A model generated the notes under the pieces. It did no database searches. It had not been told where the DNA came from and saw only the letters and a list, made by a program, of their open reading frames with translations. From Microbotryum violaceum (taxonomy: Eukaryota), in assembly GCA_001244265.2 (NCBI GenBank), contig CDLV01000004.1, positions 496,001 to 560,000 of the forward strand: a DNA stretch of 64,000 nt, given 5' to 3'. Made by a program: the position numbers and the translations under genes. The first letter of the stretch is position 1. Every line of letters starts with the position of its first letter. Below are positions 1-12,043 of this stretch, one piece after another.

Positions 1-439
1 GCCAATTACTGGGTGTGCACGAAGCGCTTCAACAAAAGGGGCGGGGTCATAAAAACGCTGCGTTGACCGTGCAATCTTCTCGCCATTCTTCCCCAGCGTG
101 AAACGGTTCTCGCGGCACCCGGGCGTTGGACACTCCTCAAGATCTTCGAGCCGTTTGGCGCCATAGGACACCTGTTTTTTTTTTGAGTTTTTGTCCTGAT
201 CCCTTTTACGATAATCAGGACAAAAAGCTTAAAAAAAAGAGGGCCTTGAATGGTCTATATAGTCTAGGCTGCAGATTGTCTCATTTGTTCGCATGTGCCA
301 TGAGAGTTCCCTAGCAATTCTCCCGATTTTTAGTAGCCCTATTAATAACGACATTACTCATTAAAAGGTTTCGTCTAAAGCAGATAACCATGGTATAAAA
401 TACCTTTATCTACTAGCGCCTTTTTATTTTCTTTTTGTC

Positions 440-643
440 TCAGACAAAAACGACAAAAACGACGCAACCTTTGGGGCACTTCCCGACCTCCACAGTTCTG
501 AAGCCGGTGAGATATCGTATCGTTCGGACCATTTTGTACTCGGACATGTCGCTGAGGTCGGCGTTGTGGAAAGTGTAGGTGCGCAGCAATGTGAGGAGGT
601 CAGTCCAAGCGTCTCTCGAAAGCGAATGGTCCCGCTTGAACAT
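440..643 (-). mobile_element. Fragment resembling the N-terminal part of a CACTA/En-Spm transposase
   Basis: ORF contains LTGFRTVEVGKCPKGCVVF, similar to the G..(yd)C..xC..F motif preceding the core of fungal En-Spm transposases. Short and isolated, so the call is weak. Confidence 0.35.
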
Positions 644-962
644 GTAAAGTTGTAGCTTTGCAAGGTCATGGGGTGGAAGCGTTCGACTTTGAAGTCCTGT
701 ATGAGGTAGTTACAGCATCAGCCCTCGTGTTCGTGTCAAATACGACCACTTGAAGCACAGCAAAACTTTGAGTCACCTTCGGCACCAAGCTCGGCGAGAT
801 GAGCCTCAAGCGCGGCAATCTCATCTTCAGTGGGCTCGGGCTCTTCTGCCCCCTTGGACATCCTCTTCCTCTCTTGCGCCTCTCAGGAAGTTCTCATCGC
901 TTTGCGCTCCACCCGCATGGGAGTCCGTATCGCTGGTATCTCTGTCACTATCATGTTCCTCC

Positions 963-1145
963 TATTAGAACCTAAAGCCGAGGCACGAGATAAGTTTAGT
1001 ACGAGAGCCGAGGATGATAGTAAAGACAGTTGGAGAAAGAAGACAAGCGCAGAGTAGGAGCGCGCGAGGCAACTAATATCAACAACTAGTAACTAATCAT
1101 GATCGGTAATAGAAGTGGGATGAAACAGCAATATACACTCTGACA
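963..1145 (-). repeat. Probable short copia-type LTR (orphan) truncating the MULE 5' end
   Basis: On the minus strand it starts TGTCAGAG and ends TTCTAATA, like the solo LTR at 32480-32740. Shares GCAACTAATAT with the copia LTR at 38006-38172. No TSD found. Confidence 0.45.
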
Positions 1146-4100
1146 ACATTAAGCGTAATGGAGCCCTGCCCAACACGTTGATGTCAACTATTGAAGCTGT
1201 TGCCAATGCCGGTTGCCTCGCGTACATCGAAATACCGAGACAGCGCCAAGGGCAGCCACTTGCCGAGAAAATACACGATCCAGACCCTCGGAAGCAACCC
1301 AGGAACGATGGGTCGCGGTCGAAGTCGAAGATCACCTCCAATTCGCTAACCGACTCTGAGACGTCATTTGGCATCCAGACTCCTCAGATGAAAGCGAGGC
1401 TCTCGGAAACGATTGATGACCGGCTAGTCGAAGGCAATTTGGGATGGCCTACCGACGCTCACAACACCTACTTTCGCGACAATCGGGTGTTGCTCGCCAC
1501 GGTCTGCTATTCGCCAAGCGCTCGTCACTGGTTTCCGATCCTGTACTCCGTCGGCAACCACGAGTGATCGGGCTTCTACCGCCGACATTTTGCGCACCTA
1601 TTCCAGATTCTTGACGATGCCAATTATAGCGTGGAGGACATCGTCAACGGAGTCACATTTGTTGTCGATTATTCAAACGCGCAGATTTCGGGTCTTCGCC
1701 AAGCCATTTCGGATTGGTACGTGGCACGCAAGACCGCAGATGTGGGACGCTTGAACGTCACACCCAATCAGGTGTCACAGTGGACTGCAGAGGCTATTCA
1801 GATTGGCGAGAAGGCGGCAAGCGGGTGCGCCTTTCACTTCATTGAGCAGGTCAGGAGGTTCGGGGCGACATCTCAGTACGCAAACGGAGCGCAAACGATT
1901 TGCAATGCTGGTCAACACCATGCGCAACGCGAAGTCCCATGCATCGATTGAGTCCATGGCAAAGCGCACAATCGATGAGTTTCCTGTGTCAGAGAATTGG
2001 ATCAAATGGTGGACACGACCGGCGATTCGAAATGTGGTATTCAAGGAACTCAATGGATCCGCAGAAAGATGTGTGGCTACCACAACAAATGCGGTGGAAT
2101 TTTCCCACTGGCTCCTAATCCATTCATGTGGTGGCGAACGCTTTGGACCGGTGGAAGGGGTGATGCGACTTATCGACTTCGCGAGAATGACAGACCGAAT
2201 TGAAAGTCATGCGACCGGTAAGGGCCTGGCATAGCGTTACCACCAACCCATTATCCTCATCTAAAACCATTCTCGCCTTTGCTTTGAAAACAGACGGCTA
2301 TGTCAGGAGTTCCACTTATCACGAGCAAGGCAACGTCCGCGCTCATATCAAAAAGATCAAGTCACGCAATCGGGTACCTTCATCCTACGTCAGTAACGCC
2401 AACATGCCTGAGCCTTCGATCTCGTTCGCTGCACCTGCTCTTCTAGCTGGCATCGGGTTTTCTGAGTCACCACAAGGACCTTCAGACCTGTCAAAGGGTC
2501 CTGCAACACCACCACTGAGGGAATCAAACAAATTACCTCCTTCCACGTCAAATCGTTCCCGGCAGCAACCAAAGAACCGGTCAAGGCAGGGCAATGGGCC
2601 CACTGCGCAGTCGATGGCCTCCAAAAAGGGCTCAACACGTGTTGATTACCCCCACAAGCGCAAGGACCCTGACCCGCCGTCTGACGAGCATATTTCGAAC
2701 GAATCATCAGACGACGTTGGATTGACGCCCTCAATTCATTGCAATTCATCCGAGGCCATTCCCCCGACGGATCGCTCCATCAAGCTCCATCAAACGTCCA
2801 ATTCCAAATCGAAAGGTAGTCCTCCCCGCTCAGATTTCAGCGGCCCATCGCGACGAGTCCCCGTTGTCCCTATGTCTGTGAGGGCGCTCAATGAAGAAAC
2901 GGAGTTGTCCCAAATACGTACGCCTCCGCCCTAGACTGTTGACTGAGTGCAGAGGCGCTGAGGCCTGGCTGACGGAATCCCTGCTCTGATTTATCCTCCG
3001 TCTCACAGTTCTTGCGCAGCACAATGCACGAAATTTGGAAGCCCCCAGTGGTCGAAAATACCGGATACCTCGAAAACGATTGGCCTTCCTCTTGTCGGAA
3101 CCTGAATCACAATCGGAGGCAAAGAGGACATGTACGTTCGTATTCGACATTCCCCTGTCCATGGTTGCATCCAAGTCGGAGTTGGCGCCATCAAAATCTG
3201 CAAGAAAGGTAGAAATTGCCACGCCAAAACCTGCTTCGACGTCGACGTCACTCGAGCGCACCAGTGACAAACTCCCAGAGGACTCTAGAGCTGCACCAAG
3301 GGTAAAATTCGCTCCGCCCAAGACATCGACGTCGACATCGCTCGGTAGCACTATTGTGCAGCTCCACGCAGACTTCTGGCTTCGATCAGGTGAAGACGGG
3401 CCAGTCGTCATTATCCAAGGCCCGTGGAGCGATAATTCTTGCTGGATTGACTCAACGCTTATCGCATTGCTCTCGGTCGCCAACGGATTGGAACCATGGC
3501 TGTTGTGAATTTGATAGTCTTGCGCTCCTAAGCGGCGCAGAGATGCGTTGTGATAACACGCCAAAGTCAGGACCACGAAGTTGTAAGATCAAGTGATGAG
3601 AAGAAGAACAAGAGAGTAGCCCAAGATGCAACTAAGAAAAGCCTCTATCGCTAAGCGAACCTCCTTCCTAATCCAGCCATCCACCTGGCCTCAGCCAACC
3701 CTCAGCTGTGCGCCCACACTCCAGCCTAAGCACCCGCGCGCCTAGCTTCCGCCTGCATCACTCATACAACAATGGCTGCAGTGTCTGGATATCCCTAACA
3801 CCCATACGGCCTATGTGATTCCTCCACTTGGCGATGAGATGGTGTTGAGGGTCCGCCCTCGATATTTGGCACTCGAGCTATGGGATGCGATTCGTGAATA
3901 CACAGCATTGGCTCGAAAGTTTGATATGAAACCGGCGGCGAACGCCATTGAAGCATATACACAATTACGAGAACGGATGATTTCCGCTGTGGTTGGGATG
4001 TCGAAAGAGTGCGGAAGCCATTTTACACCTCCATTTGAGCGAGGGAGTTATAGTAGCCCAGTAGTCAGTCAATTACTTAGCGAACCCCGCCCTCCCAAGA

Positions 4101-5026
4101 CGATTGAAACTGGACGCTAATCATCACTTTTTTCGGCAGACCTGGCTCGAGACACTTCACTCGTTCACCGTCGATCATCCGGTTCTGCCAAGCGCCGTCA
4201 CGTTGAATGATCCCGACCGAACTCTCGTGGAATTACATCTTCAATGAGCCGGGTATTGCACTGCCTGCAACTGCATTCAGATTGAGGTGTCCCCAAGACG
4301 ACAGTTTGTGGTTGACTGGCCCCTTCTCATCTCAAGTCTCCACCTGCCTTCGCATTCGCTGGAAACGTTGTCGGACGTCCTCGCCTCAATCGTTGGGCAA
4401 CCGTTGAAATTGTACACAGAGGCAAAGAACTCAGGCCGTCGGCATCACAAGCGCAATTGCCCCGGAGGCTCTTACGTGCAATTCGTTTCAATCACCTCGC
4501 GTCCCGTGTGATTGTGATCAACATCAACAATATTTACCCGGAACATCCACTGGCCCCAGCTGAGCTACGCTTCGGTGTTTCGGACCAAATGCCAACTGAG
4601 ATGGTCTGGCGCCTTCGGTCAGGAGTGTACAACCTCAACAATTCCCATTTCGTTACGAACGCGACGGTTGGATACGGGCAAGAGGCCGCATGCTATCATT
4701 TCGACGCAATCAAAGGCCCTCTCGCTAGGCCGATAGGGGACAGGAACGCTGGCGGATTAGTTTCCGTTCTTTTCTACGAGCTAGAAGAGGAGTCATTGAA
4801 CTTTTTGCAAGCCTTCAACCTAATGCTAACGCGGCAGTGGCACGAAATGTGGAGTCTATACCATGAGCCCTCCGATCCTACCGATATCGGCATTAAAGTG
4901 TCAAGTCTACCACCCAAAGGGACTCTTGAAGAAGGACAAGGTGTCTGGAAGATGGAAGATGCGACGGCTTTTTTTCATGAATGCGAGATAGTGAGTGTCA
5001 GGAACGCCAAAAAAGCAGATCAATAG
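1146..5026 (+). pseudogene. Mutator-like (MULE) DDE transposase fused to a C-terminal USP/papain-like cysteine protease; degenerate
   Basis: MULE motifs PTDAHNTY (D1), VVDYSNAQ (D2), GCAFHF (CxxH), TTTNAVEFSH (E), with a stop at 1565 and a frameshift near 1890. Phase-compatible introns 2218-2293 and 2918-3008 join it to an ORF with NSCWIDS, then later NSHFVT and YHFDAIKG. Interrupted by the solo LTR at 3501-3771. Confidence 0.75.
3501..3771. repeat. Solo LTR (271 bp) with 5-bp TSD
   Basis: TGTTGT...ACAACA termini, ATGGC at 3496-3500 and 3772-3776. Removing it restores the reading GLEPW-LQCLDIPNTHTAYVIPP. Confidence 0.85.
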
Positions 5027-5328
5027 AGCTGACGATGCTCTCCTCTTACAATGTTTTCCAGCGGTGCAGTGCTCCTGGAGGAAATCACAGTGGGGAACAT
5101 TCATGTTGATGGCAAGTTTGACTCACAAAGTTGTGCCCAAGTGGTCCAGTGAAGTTTTGGCCTTGTCAATCACTAATGTAGTGTACAGTAGGGGCTATGA
5201 TAGCGGTCAGCAATAGTATGTATAGCTAAACTTAGTGCAAAAATGGGCATGGCGATACTTTGACAACCACTGGTGTGCGGAAAGAGTCAATTATTCACCA
5301 GCAGCAGCCAGTGCTCTTTGCGCGCGAG

Positions 5329-5593
5329 CGTATCCTTACGCATGTCACGTGCGCGCGCGGGCGTATCCTTACACATGTCAACACATGTAAGGATACGAGG
5401 GTGCGGTAAGGATACAGGAGGTGCGGTTAGAACACAGAAATTTTGAATCACTACAAGTCTTGCAATACACATGCTATCATGTAGTCCTTGCAGACACCAT
5501 TCAGAAATAGTTATATGTTGATGTTACAATATCAAGATGAACAGATTTGGTTGTGTATTGACCTTAACTCATGTGTAAGGATATATCCTTACA
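5329..5593. repeat. Cluster of inverted TATCCTTAC/GTAAGGATA motifs, possibly transposon subterminal sites
   Basis: 12-bp stem 5362-5373/5386-5397, perfect 20-bp palindrome TGTAAGGATATATCCTTACA at 5574-5593, further copies near 5331 and 5406. Confidence 0.6.
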
Positions 5594-5608
5594 TGTGTCG
5601 TGGCCAAG

Positions 5609-6156
5609 CGACTCGTCACCCCGACAGCGCCTGATGTCCTCCCTTGGCTGAATCTCGAGTGCTGGCTGTTGAGCCGTCGGGGCCAAGAGAAAAGCGATCC
5701 AGTACAACGAAACGAGCCTCGCCTTGACGCGAGGATATTGACCAGAAACCAGCGACCTTCCTTCCTAAGCCATGCCGTAGATCTTGACCAACGCAAACAA
5801 ACGAACCATTCGACGGAATCCAACACACGGCTTAGGAGTAAAAGGAGAAGTGGCTGAAGCGTAGTCAACAACCGAGCAACAGGAATGAGAAGAGAAAGGG
5901 AAGGAAAATAAGGGGGGAAGGAGAGAGAAAAACTTCACAAAGCCTCCAACGCAAAGACAATCGTACTGGCTTGCCGATCGATCCAAGAACGAAAACCGCT
6001 ACTGCGCAAAGTAGAGAGAGAGAGAGAGAGAGGTGCGCAGCCTTCCACTGCGCAACAAGTTTCAAGACAGTCAGCTTCTAAAATGAAAGAGAAGTCAACC
6101 TCCGAAAAAGAAGGGAGGAAAATGGGAAGGAAGGATTTAACTCGGTCATCACACCG
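5609..6156 (-). repeat. Partial copy of the non-coding poly(A) retroposon also found at 11441-11939
   Basis: Colinear similarity from ACTCGTCACCCCGAC to TTAACTCGGTCATCACACC with 11441-11939. Confidence 0.75.
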
Positions 6157-6394
6157 CGCCATAAGTGCGCCGTAAGAGTCCCTTATCTAGGGTACACTTA
6201 AGCGACACTCAACGCGCGCGCTTTTTTTTTTGTTTAATTAGGCTCATAAATTACCATCCTTTGGGTTGGCTAGAATCACTACAGAAAGAGCTAAAAGAGG
6301 TAATAAAGCAACGACGACAAGCAGCTGGGTGAAAATCAAACCCCTGCGCGCAACGAGTGCTGCGCAGATCAAAACCCGCCGAGCACCTAACGCA

Positions 6395-9300
6395 TGTTGC
6401 AACAAGGACTAAGAGGTACTCCACGGCTCAGCTCCGAGATACACGAGTGAGATGATGAGAATAGCGTGGCTTTGCAGTAACTAACCTAAGAGGTACTCCA
6501 CGACTCAGCTCCGAGATACACGAGTGAGATGATGAGAATAGCGTGGAGAAGGAACCCAGAAGGAAAAAAGACGCAAAGACAAAGATAGGCGCGCGCGCAG
6601 AATAAAGTATTAACCAAGACTAATAGCAATGAGTTAGGCTCTCAGACCCCACTTCTAACACTCCCACCGGTCAAAGAGACTAACGAGACCATTCCAAGTA
6701 GCGCACGAAGTTGATCAAAGCGTTGAAATCCCAAAGGCTTTGTCATAATATCCGCGGCATTGACGTGGGTAGGGCAGTATTCAAGTTTGACCTCGCCAGA
6801 AGCAACCCATTCTCGAACAAACAAATGAGCAATGTCAAAGTGCTTGGTTCGCATGTGATCGACCGGATCCTTGGCGATCTGGATGCATGCGGCGTTGTCT
6901 TCTTGAATGATAGTAGGCTGTGCTTGTGGAATGCCGACATCACCAGCCAAACAACGGAGCCAGATTGCTTCACGAGTGGCTGAGGATGCAGAGAGGATTT
7001 CGGCTTCGGTAATGGATGTAGCGATCATAGATTGTTGCTTCGACTGCCAGGAGATAACGCCGCCAGCGAGCATTGATGCATAGGCTCCCACCGATCTGCG
7101 AGATTCCGGGTCATCCGCAAACGAGGCATCGGAGTAGACCATCAATCGAGTTGTGGAACTGTTTTGATAAAGAATTCCCAAATCGATGGTGCTGTTGAGG
7201 TAGCGAAATATACGCTTGACCGCAGCCCAATTGTCGACAGTTGGACAGGAGTTCTTTTGAGCAACGGCACAAACAGCAATCGCAATATTGGGTCAACATT
7301 GAGTGGACGCGTACTGCAGGGAACCCACAGCCGATTGGTACAATGACACATTGGCAAATGGAGTAGCATCGTTCGAAGCGAGGGTGATTGTCCATGGGCG
7401 TGACTGCACGGCGCTTGGATGGAGAAGCGAAATCGAACTTCTCGAGCATAGTGCGGACATACTTGCCTTGGTGAACGAGGATGTAATCTTTGGTGCGATG
7501 AATTTCGAAGCCCAGGAAGTAGGAGACGGGTCCGAGACGCTTGAGCTGGAAGGCCTTGTGAAGCGATCCGAGCTCGGAGTCCAAGAAGGACTGATTGTTG
7601 GACGCAATGAGACCGTCGTCAACATAGAGAGTGATGATAGCAAACGAAGTGCCCGAATGTTTGATATAGAGGCAAGCATCGGCAGTTGCCCTCATGTAGC
7701 CTCGAGACACCATGAGATCATTGACGGCTCGATACCATTCACGGGGCGCCTGTTTGGTTCCATACATGGAACCCACAAGCTTGAGGCACTTGCCAGGGGA
7801 TTGAGGATGATTCCATCCTTTTGGGTATCGAACATAGACATCCTCGGTCATCTTGCCGTTGAGAAAGGCGCAGTCGAAATTGAACTGTTCGAGATACAGG
7901 CCCTGAGCAGCAGTCAGAGCAATCAAGAACAAAATTGTCAAAGAACGAGTGACAGGAGCGTAGGTGTCATGGTAGTCGATGCCTGGGTGTTGAGCAAATC
8001 CTTGAGCAACAAGACGAGCTTTGAAACGAATGATTTTGCCGTTTGCATCGCGCTTGATACTGTAGGCCCAGATCATGCCGAGTACCCGAATTCCTTTGTG
8101 CCACTTGACTTCCTGAAAGACTCCATGATGATCAAATTGTAGAAGTTCTGAGACCATTGCCGCACTCCAATGGTTGCGATAGGGTGACTTTATGGCTTCC
8201 TCGAATGTCTTGGGTATCTCGATGTCTTCTTTGGCGAACACGGCAGCACAGTAGGCATTGTAGGAAAGCTTGTCGTGGAACACGGGTGGAGTATCCAAGA
8301 CATCCACCATGATAGCCGAAATGATGGGAAGTATATTTTTGCGGAAGTTGAGGTCGACGACGAGAACCAGCAGGAAGGATGTTGGAAGGATCAACATTCT
8401 CGAATTGGCCAGGATTTGGACCAGTGCAAACGATGGCGTAACCTTCACGAGGAGCGAGAGCGACTTCCGCCTCACCGTCGAGTGGTTCTTCTGCATCATG
8501 ATAGTTATCAGGTCCATCGTCGAGTCCATCATTGTTGTCATTGTTGTCATCCTTACAAGGAACGACTGCAAGATACCCCCCTGTTGACCAACTCCAATTG
8601 GAACCACCGGAGGAGGCTGTGGATCCGGCAAAGTTGGATCCACAACAGGTGAAGTTGGTGTAGACGGCAACATATCTGGCGGAGGATGAGGAGGTTGAGA
8701 ATGATGAACGGGATCAGAAGCGTCCGCACGATCTTGAGACGAAGTGACGACGGAAGGAGTCTCAAGGAATGTGACGTGACGCGAAACGTAGACCTGTTTC
8801 GACGATTGGACCCAGACACGGTAGTTGTATTCACCGGAGTACCCGATGAAAACTTCCTGAATGGAGCGAGGTGCAAGCTTGGAGCGATGCTCCTTGGGAA
8901 CGTGGACAAACGCCGTAGATCCGAATGGCTGAAGATGAGCAAGACTAGGCTTCTTGCCGAGAAGAACTTCGATTGCCGTTTTTCCTTGAATACGAGGATG
9001 TGGTCGACGATTGAGAACAAATGTCGCGATGGCCAGAGCATCTGACCAGAATCGCATGGGAAGACCGGAGTTGAGGAGCATTGATCAAACGAGACCCATG
9101 AGAGATCCATTGAGTCGCTCTACTTGACCATTTTGCTCCGGAGTATAGGGGGCCGTGAATTCCACAATGATGCCCTGCTTTTCAAGAAGAGCCCGGAACA
9201 ATGAGTTGTCAAATTCACGGCCATTGTCCGATCTGACCCTCTTGATTTTCTGACCCGTTTGACGCTCGGACTCGGCTTGAAATTTCGACCATGCTTCGAT

Positions 9301-11176
9301 AATCGTCTCAGCCCTCTTGTCCTTTAGCACGATTGTCCATTTAGCCGTCGAATACTGATCCACGATAGCAAGATAGATAGTATCGCCATGGTGATTGGGA
9401 TGTTCGACAAACCCGAGATCAATGAAGACGCGGTAGAGTGCATGAGGCGCTTCGGTACTCTTGTTGGAGAAGGGTGATCGCTTTGACTTGGCCTGGATGC
9501 ACGAAAAGCAAGGAGTAACCTTTTCGTCCTTCAGAGTGATGCCAGTGATAGCTCCGGATTTGACGGCCAAAACGATTGCCGCAGGAGATTGATGGCCCAA
9601 CTTCCGATGTGCTTCCATCAACGTACAGGTTCCAGTGAGACAATTGGCTCCGACCATTGAAGGCGGTGAGGATGACATGATAGGCTGAACGGGAGCTGCA
9701 TCCATGACAAACCCCCGACCAGGAAGCGAGCGCAGAATCGACTTGCCGCGGATGCTGAAAATGAGATTGCTTTGGGGACCAACAGCGTACGTCATCGATT
9801 CCAACAGACGGTCGATGGCGATAAAACCGAATTGAGCACCGGGCATGTAGTAGACCCTCTTAATGGTGATACAAGCGCCATATGAGGTAAGAAACGTCAC
9901 TGAGCCATGACCGGGAGATTCGATTTGAGATTGATCGGCGACAGAAATTTTGAGAGGCTCAGAGACAACGTCCGATAGGACCGACTTGTCTCCAACGCAA
10001 TGGACCTTAGCACCCGAGTCAATGATCCATGGAAAACGTGGCATCGTTCGCAAATAGGAGAAAGTGTAGGTCATCAATGCAGATTCATCTACACCAATGG
10101 CAGCTACGTTCGAATTTGAGTCCGAGGAAGCGGGAGCGCTCGCATCCTTGTTCCTGCTTGGACAGAGACGCCAACCATGCTCGTGTCCCAGTGCTTTGCA
10201 GCGCGAAAAATGTTTGTTTCGGGAATCAGCCATTTCGACGTTCATCAGGAGTTTCGGATAGAACGTGTTCCAATCCATGTGGATGTCGATGTCGGAGGCA
10301 AGGTTCCCAATGATTGAGTAATACTGGGCTGGGAGCGACCAAACGAGCATGCCTGCAAACAGCCAATGCGGAAGCGGAGCTCCGAGGTTCTGAAAATCGG
10401 ACATGGCGATCTTGACCTTGTTGACGAATTCCTTAAAAGGAATATCCCCAGAGTAAGGTTGCGCTAGAGTGTTGAGGAGGTCCATAGTGCGACTCGGGCG
10501 ACCGTGAGAGTGGAGACCACGGAGGGTGTCCCACATCTCGTACGCCGAGGTAAGATGAATCAAGTGAGACATCTGTTCCTCAGAGATCGAATTGGCGATG
10601 TACTTGCATGCCAAATCGTTGCGGCGGATGGCCTGTTCGCGATATTCCGCGACCTTGTCCGCAACTTGAACGCTGGTGAGCCTGGGCGAGGCGTCCGAGT
10701 GCGCAGAACCAGAGCCCCCCCCCCCCCGCCCAAGCCCGCTAAAGCCGGAGGAGGCTGGTTCAACTGGCGCGACGGACGCAGTTGCATGTGCGATAACGAG
10801 CGTGGACCGATAGTCCGCGACAAGGGAGTTGATGGATTGATTGACGACATCCCATACTTTGTCAGCTCGAAGATTGATAAACGCACGTTGTGACCAGCTC
10901 TTGTACCCTTGTGTGTCCTTGAGATACAAGCGATTGTCCGACCCGTTGGGGAAGTCGGATTCGCCCGTTGAGCTCATAACCTGTTGCAACAACGACTAAG
11001 AGGTACTCCACGACTTAGCTCCGAGATACACGAGTGAGATGATGAGAATAGCGTGGAGAAGGAACCCAGAAGGAAAAAAAAGACGCAAAGACAAAGATGC
11101 CTAGGCGCGCGCGCAGAATAAAGTATTAATCAAGACTAATAGCAATGAGTTAGGCTCTCAGACCCCACTTCTAACA
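6395..11176 (-). mobile_element. Ty1/copia LTR retrotransposon 1, full length, degenerate
   Basis: LTRs 10982-11176 (5') and 6395-6660 (3'), TG..CA. TSD ACGCA/ACGCG. PBS GGTTATGAGC and PPT-like GGTGGGAG. Domain order gag, PR, IN, RT, RH. Confidence 0.95.
6642..10977 (-). pseudogene. Copia gag-pol polyprotein with frameshifts
   Basis: WIIDSGA (PR), HRKLGH..CFSC and RSDNGREF..QNGQVER (IN), RFKARLVAQGF and LYVDD (RT), YSDASF..IQEDN..ADIMTK (RH). Breaks near 9083 and about 7370. Confidence 0.9.
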
Positions 11177-12043
11177 ACGCGGACTCCAACGAGCGGTGAG
11201 TACTGCTGCCGCTTCATAACCCAAGATCGGGAGCGAAGATACTCGAAAACCAGGCAAGAGCGCCTAGGAAAAGAAAGGGACAATATACAAAAAGTCACAA
11301 ACGGGAACACCGAGAAAGGAAAATACTAAAACAAGGGCAAAGGAGGGGAGGAGGGGGGACACACCCGAGGGACCAAGAAAGGGGTCGAAGCCAGGGATAG
11401 AGGTCCCCAAAGACTAACAGGCCACAGCCAAGCCCCAGCTACTCGTCACCCCGACAACGCCCGATGGCCCTCCTTGGCTGAGTCTCGAGTGCTGGCTGTT
11501 GAGCCATTGGAAGTCGGGCAAAAAAACGATCCAATAAAACGAACGAGCCTTCTTCCCGATCCATGCCGTAACGACCATTCCATTCGACGAGATCCATCAA
11601 GCGGCTTGGAGGGAAAAGGGGAAGGCGGCTGAAGCATAGTCAACATCCGAGCGAGACACATGGGAAAAGAGAATGGAAAAGGGGAGAGAGAGGAGATAAA
11701 AAAAAAACAGGGGCACTTCACATAGCCTCCAAAAACAATTGACCCTGCTTGCCGATCCAACATCCAAAAACAAAGATTGCCACTGGGCAAAAGAAAGGAA
11801 GAGAGGTGCGCAGCCTTCCACTGGCCAACAAGTTTCGAGATAGTCAGCTTTCAAAATGAAAGTCGACCTTGGAAAAGGAAGAAAGAGAGAGAGAAAAGAG
11901 GGAGGGAAGGAAGGAAAGACTTAACTCGGTCATCACACCTCCCAATCTCGAGCCCCAGGAACAAAACCCGCCCGAGAGAGAAAATCTCGCTTGAACGCTC
12001 TAAGTGCACTGGGGATCGAGGCGGCTTAACGAGTGGTTAAGTC

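Larger units (their letters stand above)
6222..12020 (-). mobile_element. About 1-kb non-coding poly(A)-tailed retroposon (SINE-like or long LINE 3' UTR), split by copia 1
   Basis: T10 at 6222-6231. Pieces are 6222-6394 and 11177-12020. The flanks rejoin to the sequence present uninterrupted at about 34560-34642. Confidence 0.6.

Noticed and set aside
1-430. Possible left TIR of the MULE
   Set aside because: No inverted match to the 5.0-5.6 kb region seen.
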